A DNA stretch of 64,000 nt from a bacterium (lineage in GTDB: Bacteria > Patescibacteriota > Minisyncoccia > UBA6257 > Colwellbacteraceae), in assembly GCA_021787205.1 (NCBI GenBank), contig JAJYME010000004.1:39063-103062 (forward strand), read 5' to 3'. The notes under the pieces are model-generated. The model was not told the origin of the DNA. It saw only the letters and a program-made list of their open reading frames with translations, and made no database searches. This document shows, piece by piece, positions 56,408 through 64,000 of this stretch. Every line of letters starts with the position of its first letter. The first letter of the stretch is position 1. The position numbers and the translations under genes are program-made.

Positions 56408-57631
56408 ATGTCCCGCATCCGCGCCTTCACCCTAATAGAACTTCTCATAGTCATCGCGATCATCGCGATCTTGGGCTCTGCCACGGTCCTGGTCTTAAAC
56501 CCCATAGAGCTCATGAAGCAAGGAAGGGACGGAACAAGGATAAATGATACGGAGAACATAGAGAAGTCCATAAAGATGACCCTCTTCAACAATCCTTCCC
56601 TCATAGACTCCCTGTCTCCCACCAACATCTATCTCTCATTGCCGACAGGCTCCTGTCCGACCAACCCTCCCTCAGGCTATTCCTATGTCTGCAACGCCAC
56701 TTCTGCCAACATGAACAAAGTTGACGGCACAGGCTGGATCCCCTTGAGTCTCCAGAACATGGCAACGCTTCCAGTCGACCCCAATGCAGGGAACAACAAC
56801 GATTATTACGCCTTCGTGGCAGATCCCGTGACCAAGACGTTCGTGATCACTTCCTTGTTGGAATCTGAGAAACAAACCAAGCTTACGGCCGCAAAAGACG
56901 GCGGAACGGATCCGGGGAGATTTGAGAAGGGAAACCCGACACTTTGGGCGAATGCTTCAGGATTGATGGGATATTGGCCTATGGATGAGGGCATGGGAAC
57001 TACGACTGCGGATTTGTCAGGGAATGGTAATACTGGAAATGTAAGTGGAGCATGGACAATAGGGAAAATTGTGGGCGGAGTGAATTTTGATGGTTCTAGC
57101 AGCAATAACGTGGATGTAGCAAATTCTACATCTTTAAGTTTTGGAACTGGAAGTTTTTCTGTATCAGGCTGGGCATTTTATAGGAGTTATATATATCCAA
57201 GATCAAGTTTTATAATAAAAAAATCAGCCCAATGTTATTCAGATGGAGCTGCTAACGCTGGTTTTGATATAGGTCATTCGTATCATCCGGATGGTGCGGA
57301 TATATGCTTGAGGGATGCTAATAATGCTGCAATAAGAACAACTTTGACGTTTAATTCAAATCAAACTCCGCCAAATTTACAAAACAAATGGTCTCATTAC
57401 GTATTTGTTTTTAATAGAACAACTGGAAGAGTGATTGCTTATATTGATGGGATCCGTCAGTCTAATGAAATTAACATATCATCGATAACGGGAAGTGTTA
57501 ACAATAACAATTCTCTTACAATGGGAACTTTATATGGTTGGCAGACGGATGGAGTCATGGATGATATTCGGGTTTATAATCGTGCTTTGACGGCTGATGA
57601 GGTTGTTTCAATGTATAATGCAAACAAATAA
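56408..57631 (+). CDS. Type IV prepilin fused to a LamG/concanavalin A-like domain
   Basis: RA|FTLIELLIVIAIIAIL; GYWPMDEG, WSHYVFV, MDDIRVYNRALT. Confidence 0.88.
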   Translation: MSRIRAFTLIELLIVIAIIAILGSATVLVLNPIELMKQGRDGTRINDTENIEKSIKMTLFNNPSLIDSLSPTNIYLSLPTGSCPTNPPSGYSYVCNATSANMNKVDGTGWIPLSLQNMATLPVDPNAGNNNDYYAFVADPVTKTFVITSLLESEKQTKLTAAKDGGTDPGRFEKGNPTLWANASGLMGYWPMDEGMGTTTADLSGNGNTGNVSGAWTIGKIVGGVNFDGSSSNNVDVANSTSLSFGTGSFSVSGWAFYRSYIYPRSSFIIKKSAQCYSDGAANAGFDIGHSYHPDGADICLRDANNAAIRTTLTFNSNQTPPNLQNKWSHYVFVFNRTTGRVIAYIDGIRQSNEINISSITGSVNNNNSLTMGTLYGWQTDGVMDDIRVYNRALTADEVVSMYNANK

Positions 57632-57660
57632 AAAACGCCAATAGGCGTTTTTTATTTGAA

Positions 57661-58461
57661 TTACTTGATTTCGAAAGTAAGAGTCATCTGGGCAGTCACT
57701 TCCTGAGAACCGGCTTCCATCGAAGGGGAGGCCGCTCCGGTAGCGAATGCGGAATCCATTTTGGCGGTACGGTAGTTAGTAAGAGGATAATAACCGCTTG
57801 AATCTTCATTAACGGCAATGATCTTGCCAACTTTTATTCCGGCAGCCTTGGCAATCGCTTCAGCCTTGTCTTTCGCTTTTTGGATGGCCAATTCTCTAGC
57901 TTTGGCTTTTACGGCTTCGGGTTCATCGATATCAAAATTGGGTCCCGACAAATCATTAGCGCCTTTAGCAACGACACCTGACATCAGATCACTGATCTTG
58001 GTAAAATCGCGGACTTTGATTTCCACGGTATTGCGGACGGTATAACCGACGAGTCTCTGGCTGGGGCAGACGGTATCGACGGAAGTGTAGATGCATTTGG
58101 GATACTCATATCTCGGCTCGATGGAATAGTTGGTGGTTTTTATATCAGCTTCGGCCACGCCGCTTTCTTTGACGAAAGAAATGACAGCATTGGTCTTATC
58201 GGCGTTTTTGGACTGGGTATCAGCCAAGGCGGTGGCGCTGCCTTCCGTAAAGACAGAGACGGAGAATTTGGCGATATCCGGCTTGGTCTCGACCTTGCCT
58301 TCCCCTTGGACGGAGAATGTCTTGTACTGTGACGGAGAGATTGAGCTGGAATATGTCTTGGCAGCTGAAATGATGCCATATGAGGCAACCACGATGCCGG
58401 CGACGATCGCGATTCTTACAACATTCTTAATGCGATCTTCGGTGAATACTTTTTTAAGCAT
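57661..58461 (-). CDS. SIMPL (DUF541) domain protein
   Basis: V.GEGKV...PDIA, DIKT.NYSI.P.Y, AI.KAK.KA..IA; ATG 58461 preferred. Confidence 0.9.
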   Translation of the reverse strand: MLKKVFTEDRIKNVVRIAIVAGIVVASYGIISAAKTYSSSISPSQYKTFSVQGEGKVETKPDIAKFSVSVFTEGSATALADTQSKNADKTNAVISFVKESGVAEADIKTTNYSIEPRYEYPKCIYTSVDTVCPSQRLVGYTVRNTVEIKVRDFTKISDLMSGVVAKGANDLSGPNFDIDEPEAVKAKARELAIQKAKDKAEAIAKAAGIKVGKIIAVNEDSSGYYPLTNYRTAKMDSAFATGAASPSMEAGSQEVTAQMTLTFEIK

Positions 58462-58551
58462 GATATCATTATAAGGTCTTATTCGCTTTTTTGAAAGTTC
58501 TGGCCGTATCATGATATTTTTATTTTCTGAAAAATGGTAAGATATAACCAT

Positions 58552-59568
58552 ATGAAAATCGCATTTTTTGAAATTACGCCGGATGATAGAAGATACTTCG
58601 AGGAAGGATTGAGAGGCGGCGATCTTATTTTCACGGAAGATAAATTAGACAAAGATCATTTGCCGCAAGGGGAATTGGCAGAAGCGGAGGTGATTTCAGT
58701 GTTTACAAAGTCTAAGATTGATAAGGAGACAATGGCGGCTTTTCCAAACTTGAAACTGATTGCAACGAGGACGACCGGATATGACCATATCGATTTGGAA
58801 GCGGCGGCGGCAAGAGGGATAACCATCTCCAATGTTCCCAGTTATGGGGAGAATACGGTAGCCGAATTCACCTTCGGTCTTATCCTTTCCGTTTCCAGAA
58901 AGATATTCAAGGCCTATGACCAGATAAAGGAAACCGGTTCTTTTTCACTGGAGGGGCTACAGGGGTTTGACCTGCTCGGGAAGACGATAGGAGTCGTCGG
59001 AACAGGCAGGATCGGGAAAAACGTAATCAAAATAGCCAACGGCTTCGGAATGAAAGTCATCGCTTATGATATGTACCCCTCAGAGCAGCTAACCAAGGAT
59101 TTTGGTGTCCAGTATGTTTCTTTCAACGAGCTTCTGGGGAAAGCGGATATCATCACTTTCCATGTCCCTGATTTGCCGGAAACGAGACATATGATCAATA
59201 TGGAAAATATTGATTTGATAAAGCGGGGAGCGATCCTGATCAATACCGCCAGAGGACCGGTCGTGGAAACGGAAGCTCTGGTCAAAGCCTTGAATTCAGG
59301 AATCTTAGGCGGAGCCGGATTAGATGTCTTGGAGGAAGAGGTGGCGACAAAAGACGAAGTCGAGTTCCTGATTCACGGGAGAGAGGATGGGCACAACCTC
59401 AAGACCATTCTTGAGAACCACTTGCTTATCGATATGGAGAATGTGATCATCACTCCTCATAACGCCTTTAATTCCAAAGAGGCTCTGCGAAGGATCTTGG
59501 AGACCTCGGCGGACAACATCAAAAAATTCATCGAAGGGAATCCGGCAAACATAATAAAATCAAAATGA
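58552..59568 (+). CDS. D-isomer-specific 2-hydroxyacid dehydrogenase (D-lactate dehydrogenase-like)
   Basis: RTTGYDHID, GTGRIG, INTARG, LDVLEEE, TPHNAF. Confidence 0.92.
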   Translation: MKIAFFEITPDDRRYFEEGLRGGDLIFTEDKLDKDHLPQGELAEAEVISVFTKSKIDKETMAAFPNLKLIATRTTGYDHIDLEAAAARGITISNVPSYGENTVAEFTFGLILSVSRKIFKAYDQIKETGSFSLEGLQGFDLLGKTIGVVGTGRIGKNVIKIANGFGMKVIAYDMYPSEQLTKDFGVQYVSFNELLGKADIITFHVPDLPETRHMINMENIDLIKRGAILINTARGPVVETEALVKALNSGILGGAGLDVLEEEVATKDEVEFLIHGREDGHNLKTILENHLLIDMENVIITPHNAFNSKEALRRILETSADNIKKFIEGNPANIIKSK

Positions 59569-59981
59569 GAACTTTAGGCGTCCTCATAACGATAGTCTTT
59601 GGAATAGTCTTAGGGAAAATCTTAGCAATGCTCGTAGTGGGCATACCGGTGATGATGTTAGCGATAAAGTTCAGATCATTAATTGATGTCTTCTACTGGC
59701 TTGAAGCGATACTGTCCGCCTTTTTCATTTACAGCGGAGTGAGGTTGGGAATAAAAATCAGCTCCGGAAAGGACTTTCGAGTAAACAAGACCCTCGCTTT
59801 GGCTTGGGTAACGGTGATAGCCTCCGGAGTAATCATAATGACAATCGTTACCCAGATCGTAATCTCGAAATCAATGAGTTGGAGTTATATTTTGGCTAAC
59901 GGGCTGTCTTTCTTGCTAGCTGGAATCTATGGCGTAAAACATCAGCTAAAGAATATTGAAAATAAAGAGTATTACATATAG
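59565..59981 (+). CDS. Four-TM hypothetical membrane protein
   Basis: Hydrophobic ORF overlapping the upstream stop. Confidence 0.7.
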   Translation: MRTLGVLITIVFGIVLGKILAMLVVGIPVMMLAIKFRSLIDVFYWLEAILSAFFIYSGVRLGIKISSGKDFRVNKTLALAWVTVIASGVIIMTIVTQIVISKSMSWSYILANGLSFLLAGIYGVKHQLKNIENKEYYI

Positions 59982-59991
59982 AATAGATATC

Positions 59992-60201
59992 ATGGGAATG
60001 TTTGACCAAATCAAGGCTGCCCAGAACATGATGAAAAACATGTCTCCTGAGCAAATCAAGGAGATGATGGAACAGGCGAAGGAAAGCCAAAAAATGCTTG
60101 AAGATATGATCCAAAAATCAGTCGAAAAAGCGATCAAGGAACGTGATTTAATTTCTCGCGCGGATGCTGAGAAAATGATTGAAAAGAAAATCGGGAAATA
60201 A
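59992..60201 (+). CDS. Small Met/Gln-rich hypothetical protein
   Basis: MGMFDQIKAAQNMMKNMSPEQIKEMM; TAGAAT 7 nt upstream. Confidence 0.7.
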   Translation: MGMFDQIKAAQNMMKNMSPEQIKEMMEQAKESQKMLEDMIQKSVEKAIKERDLISRADAEKMIEKKIGK

Positions 60202-60264
60202 TCCCGGTTTTTTTATTTAATCCCGGTGGATTTTTACCCACTTCTCCTATATACTAAGAACTCA

Positions 60265-60972
60265 ATGAAACTTCGCATCCAAAAATATTTATCCGAACAG
60301 GGAATATGCTCCCGCCGTGAAGCGGAGGATCTTATAAGAAGGGGACTTATCTCAGTAAACGGCCAGGTGGTAAGGGAGATGGGTGTCCAAATCGATCCGG
60401 AGACGGACAGGGTCGAGCTTCTCGACCGGGGTCGGGAGGTTATGACGGAAAAGACGACAATCGCTTTGCATAAACCAAGAGGCTTGGTTTGCTCTCGAGA
60501 TTCTTCTGAAGGGGAAACCATATTTGATGCGTATCCTCAATTTCTTCCCTTGAACATCGTCGGTCGTCTCGATAAGGACAGTGAAGGATTGATTCTCATT
60601 TCCAATGATGGCGCCATCACGAAAGCGGTGACGGGGGATAGACACGTGACCGAGAAAGAATATGAAGTGACCGTCAGGGAAGACATCCCTTCGAATATGA
60701 AGCGCCTTTTTGAGGCCGGCATCGAGTTGGAGGACGGACCTACCCTTCCAGCAAAAGTGAGGTTGATAAGCCCGCATACCTTTGTCATCGTTATTCGTGA
60801 AGGGAGAAAACATCAAATACGCAGGATGTGCGAGTTTATGCGACTGACCGTAACGAAGCTGAAAAGGATAAGGATAGCCCATATTTCCCTTTCTAACCTC
60901 AGAGCCGGGGAATATCGCGTCTTAACCAAAGAGGAGGTGGCGCCGCTCAGGGAGGCGGGAAAGACGGCCTAG
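60265..60972 (+). CDS. RsuA/RluB-family rRNA pseudouridine synthase
   Basis: S4 domain RIQKYLS..G.CSRREAE, VGRLDKDSEGL, EGRKHQIRRM. Confidence 0.93.
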   Translation: MKLRIQKYLSEQGICSRREAEDLIRRGLISVNGQVVREMGVQIDPETDRVELLDRGREVMTEKTTIALHKPRGLVCSRDSSEGETIFDAYPQFLPLNIVGRLDKDSEGLILISNDGAITKAVTGDRHVTEKEYEVTVREDIPSNMKRLFEAGIELEDGPTLPAKVRLISPHTFVIVIREGRKHQIRRMCEFMRLTVTKLKRIRIAHISLSNLRAGEYRVLTKEEVAPLREAGKTA

Positions 60973-60990
60973 CTAGCCCTCGACACCCTC

Positions 60991-61490
60991 TTGACAGCTT
61001 TTAGCCTTGGGAATAGAATTAAATCAGAACCTCGAAAAGTATGTTCGTGGTCAATCTTTTATACAAGGGAGGGATGCTATGAGCTCAGGACCTGAAGGCA
61101 AGCCCAAGAGGCTTTCACCGATCCGGGTCGTCCTTGATGCCATTCGCGGTGTCAAATTCGCTCCAGCTCCATTTCCGTCTACCTTTTTGAACATCCCGTT
61201 TTGTTCCGTTCCAGCGAGTCCCGTCGGCCGTTCCGGCTTCGGGTCCCATCTGGCCGCTCATACCCGAGCGGTTAGGCCCCCCTAGCGGAGCCGTAAAGCC
61301 CAAAGACGCTTTCGGCTTCTGTCGGACCGTCAGGCCCCCGTAACGGAGCCCAAAACCAAGCGGTTTCACCCCGAGTAACTACGCAGTGAAAGGGAGGCGC
61401 CGACGCAACAAGGTACCAACGATCGTCCCAGAAAAAAAGAACCACACAACCGGGGCCCATTCTCATTCGAATGGGCCCTTTTCCTTTTCT
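60991..61490 (+). other. Stand-alone GC-rich transcription unit: short ORF 61079..61285 and/or structured RNA
   Basis: TTGACA-17 nt-TAGAAT, SD AAGGGAGG, multiple stems, terminator 61453-61490. Confidence 0.5.
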
Positions 61491-61537
61491 TGGAATTGAA
61501 AAAGGAATGAAAAATTGATAATATGAAGATAAAAAAC

Positions 61538-61608
61538 GGGCTCGTAGTTAAACGGCAGAACGGTACATTCGCATTGTACAGATAGGGGTTCAATTCCCCT
61601 CGAGTCCA
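61538..61608 (+). tRNA. tRNA-Ala(CGC)
   Basis: Acceptor GGGCTCG/CGAGTCC with G3.U70, GTACA-TT-CGC-AT-TGTAC, AGGGG-TTCAATT-CCCCT. Confidence 0.92.
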
Positions 61609-61757
61609 CAAATTGAACCGCCGGAAGCCCGCAATATTTTTTTCATTGGCGGGCTGAGGCGCGGCCCGAAGGAAATCCGCAGGATTTACCTGAGAGGTCA
61701 ATTCCCCTCGAGTCCACAAATTGAACCGCCGGAAGCCCACAATATATTTTTATTGAC
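61590..61757 (+). repeat. Direct repeat of the tRNA-Ala 3' end and trailer
   Basis: 41 identical bp at 61590-61630 and 61698-61738, with about 20 further imperfectly matching bp. Confidence 0.88.
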
Positions 61758-61816
61758 AAGAAGTTTGAAAAGTGGCAGACTGGAATCAGTCCAATAAAAA
61801 AAGTGAGGTGTTTTAT

Positions 61817-62152
61817 GTGGAACCTAGAAAATCTAAGTTCGGAAAAGGAGAGATTCTTTCCAGAGGATTATTTGCTGACGAAAAAGACAGGTTGACATCA
61901 AGGAGTATCCAAGGGTTTTTCAATTCGACGATCACTATCGGAAGCACCGGAGTGATGACCGTCACGTTGTCCATCCTAGGACACAAGCTATTCGGGGAAC
62001 TGGTTGATTTTTGCAACCAGTGGGGTCTTGCAATAGACAAGGCCACGCTGTCCGGCGAACTTCTGATTGTTAAGATCGCCTTCGTCGCCGGCGTGACATT
62101 TACTCTCGTCGGAATAATGAATATTCTGACAAAAGCAGACAAGAATAACTAA
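61817..62152 (+). CDS. Hypothetical membrane protein
   Basis: GAGGTG upstream of GTG 61817; two hydrophobic segments; own promoter and terminator. Confidence 0.6.
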   Translation: MEPRKSKFGKGEILSRGLFADEKDRLTSRSIQGFFNSTITIGSTGVMTVTLSILGHKLFGELVDFCNQWGLAIDKATLSGELLIVKIAFVAGVTFTLVGIMNILTKADKNN

Positions 62153-62324
62153 CGCTCCTGATAACACATAAAGCACGAAAGATCATCCCGCCTAAAAAGG
62201 CGGGATTTTTTATGGGATTAAAATTGACTCAGTTTGGTTTTTTATGCTATTACGATCTTACTTCCACTGAAGATATTCAGTGAAGAGAACCTATAAAATA
62301 ATATATATAAGGAGATGTGATTAA

Positions 62325-62978
62325 ATGGTAAAAATGACAGACGGAAGGAAACGCAAAGTAGGATCCTTGAAACTAGGTGTGTCAGTATTGGCTTTTGACG
62401 AGTTAGGCAGGGTGATATTCTCCGCTTTCAAGAAGTCCGCTTCTTCGGGGGAGATAAGAACAGCTGTCGGTTGGCGGGGTTTTAGCGCCAACTATCTTCC
62501 GGAAGAGGTCATAATACAATTAAGCGTCGGTCCGAATAAGAGCTGCAGAGTGGAGGGGATAATCGATGTTTCTTCTGACAACTCTCCATTTGGCACGGCT
62601 GATTTCTTGCATATCTTATCTTGCAGACACAAGAAACTTAACGCCATATTCAGGTCGGAAACGAAGCTGAACGACTGGTTCTTTGGGTCGGTTTTCGACC
62701 CAAAATCAAAAGGGGAGACCGAGCTGAAAGCAGTAGTAGGAAGCGGCTTTACAAGAACTAAGGCGAGGTTGGCGGAGCTCCCAGTCAAGACCGGTCGGAA
62801 GGGAGATGCTAAGGAGATCTTATCCAAATGGCATATAAACATTCCTTTTGTCCTTAGAAGGAGCCAATCGGCTTATATTCCTCATCTTGCAGATACCATT
62901 GCTTCTGGTGACTTAAGAAAAGAAGAGGATCGCCAGTTGTTTGGTAAAAATATCAATACCACGGTCATTTTCTCATAA
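62325..62978 (+). CDS. Hypothetical protein, paralog array member 1
   Basis: SD AAGGAG; aligns by eye with 63134..63808. Confidence 0.7.
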   Translation: MVKMTDGRKRKVGSLKLGVSVLAFDELGRVIFSAFKKSASSGEIRTAVGWRGFSANYLPEEVIIQLSVGPNKSCRVEGIIDVSSDNSPFGTADFLHILSCRHKKLNAIFRSETKLNDWFFGSVFDPKSKGETELKAVVGSGFTRTKARLAELPVKTGRKGDAKEILSKWHINIPFVLRRSQSAYIPHLADTIASGDLRKEEDRQLFGKNINTTVIFS

Positions 62979-63133
62979 ATTACAGAATCTCAAAAAATAG
63001 AGCCGATTAAAAACCGGCTCTTTTATTTTTATAAAACATCATTGACAAAAACGAATCAAAATTGTATTGTGGGAGGAATCCGCGAAGCGGATCAATCAGA
63101 TCTCTTAAAAAAGAATAAAGGAGTTGGTTTATT

Positions 63134-63808
63134 ATGTTGTTATTTCCGGAAAAGTTATCTTTCAAGGGAATGGGTCACGTTGATATGCCGTTAACGAGTG
63201 CCGATTTATATGACTTAGGTTGGGCGACAAGCGAAGCTTTTCGCATGGTTTTGTCCTCCAAAGAAATAATGAAGGCAACCGGTTTAGACGGCGTGATGCA
63301 GGCAGTGCCAAGTCAGATTGAAGTCGAAGTGGCCATCGCGACAAAAAGGAGATACCGGGTCGAACGCCTTAAGACTTCGAATTCGGTCTGGAACGACCAG
63401 CAGATCTTAGGAATAATCTCGTGTGAAAAATTCGGGCAACATCTCTCTGGGGATGTAGCGCGGATCAGGAGATGGTTTAACGGTTCGAGGCCGAGGGACG
63501 GAAGAAGCAGTTCTTTATCCCTTAAGGGAGCGATAGCTTCCGGCTTCATCTTTGATGATCTCAAAAAGATCAAGATATTTTTCAGCGCCTCGTCGCACGG
63601 GCAGAAAATATGCTCTTATTGCGAATGGAGACTGAGGGTATCTTTCGATCTGATTGAGGGGAAGTATGAAGTCAGGGAAACGATGGCGGTCGGTCAAGTG
63701 CTTCAATTGGAAGCCACTAAGACTGGATGCGCCGGATACATCAAGATGGAGAATCATGGAGAGATCGAAGCTGACGCGAAACTCAGAGTAGAGGAGGAGA
63801 TGAAATGA
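63134..63808 (+). CDS. Hypothetical protein, paralog array member 2
   Basis: TTGACA promoter, SD AAAGGAG; shares motifs with its neighbours. Confidence 0.7.
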   Translation: MLLFPEKLSFKGMGHVDMPLTSADLYDLGWATSEAFRMVLSSKEIMKATGLDGVMQAVPSQIEVEVAIATKRRYRVERLKTSNSVWNDQQILGIISCEKFGQHLSGDVARIRRWFNGSRPRDGRSSSLSLKGAIASGFIFDDLKKIKIFFSASSHGQKICSYCEWRLRVSFDLIEGKYEVRETMAVGQVLQLEATKTGCAGYIKMENHGEIEADAKLRVEEEMK

Positions 63809-64000
63809 TAGGCGGAGAAAACGTTTTTTCGACTGAGCAACCGATGAGATTTAACTTGTCAGACAGAAAAGTGCAGGAACTTGGAAGTCTGCTTTATAAG
63901 GTCTTTAAGAAACTAATGGGGACACCAAGAACGGTGGCCGCATTCAATATGGCCCAAATATTGCCAAAAGCGATAAGGGTAAGGGTAATTGCAGCTACCG
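63805..64000 (+). CDS. Hypothetical protein, paralog array member 3 (runs off the window end)
   Basis: SD GAGGAGG, ATGA overlap; MIGGENVFSTEQPMRFNLSDRKVQELGSLLYKVFKKLMGTPRTVAAFNMAQILPKAIRVRVIAAT... Confidence 0.65.
   Translation, partial: MIGGENVFSTEQPMRFNLSDRKVQELGSLLYKVFKKLMGTPRTVAAFNMAQILPKAIRVRVIAAT

Noticed and set aside
61020-61480. tmRNA, RNase P RNA or SRP RNA
   Set aside because: No tRNA-like ends, no GAGGAAAGTCC core and no SRP helix 8 signature could be found.
1-64000. Stop-codon reassignment (TGA as Gly)
   Set aside because: Conserved genes are intact in code 11 and several TGA stops overlap the next ATG or precede hairpins.

Overview
A 64 kb chromosomal window from a small-genome bacterium, most likely Patescibacteria/CPR (Parcubacteria-like). 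That assignment is inferred from the gene repertoire (pilin-like genes, PilM-PilN fusion, Cys-rich surface proteins); standard code 11 fits. Contents: a type IV pilus-like cluster; housekeeping genes (pth, lepB, hisS, rpsU, ybeY, ftsA, ftsZ, recG, cca, corA, ppsA, a DEAD-box helicase, a pseudouridine synthase); an ion/metal homeostasis region with four P-type ATPases and a copper cluster; a pyruvate node (2-oxoacid:ferredoxin oxidoreductase, PEP synthase, D-2-hydroxyacid dehydrogenase); and five tRNAs. No CRISPR array, reverse transcriptase, integrase or transposase was recognised. Most notable: (1) tRNA-Asn(GTT) split inside its anticodon by a 229-nt group I intron; (2) hairpin-rich mini-elements and 3'-end duplications behind tRNA-Pro, tRNA-Ala and tRNA-Arg; (3) a stand-alone GC-rich ~450-nt structured transcription unit at 61.0-61.5 kb; (4) two coexisting expression grammars, leaderless for many core genes and consensus promoter plus Shine-Dalgarno for orphan genes; (5) unannotated microproteins including a 20-aa histone H1-like peptide; (6) a mosaic pilin-LamG gene; (7) a tandem array of three divergent unknown paralogs at the window end. 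All calls come from reading the sequence by eye; no database search was run.
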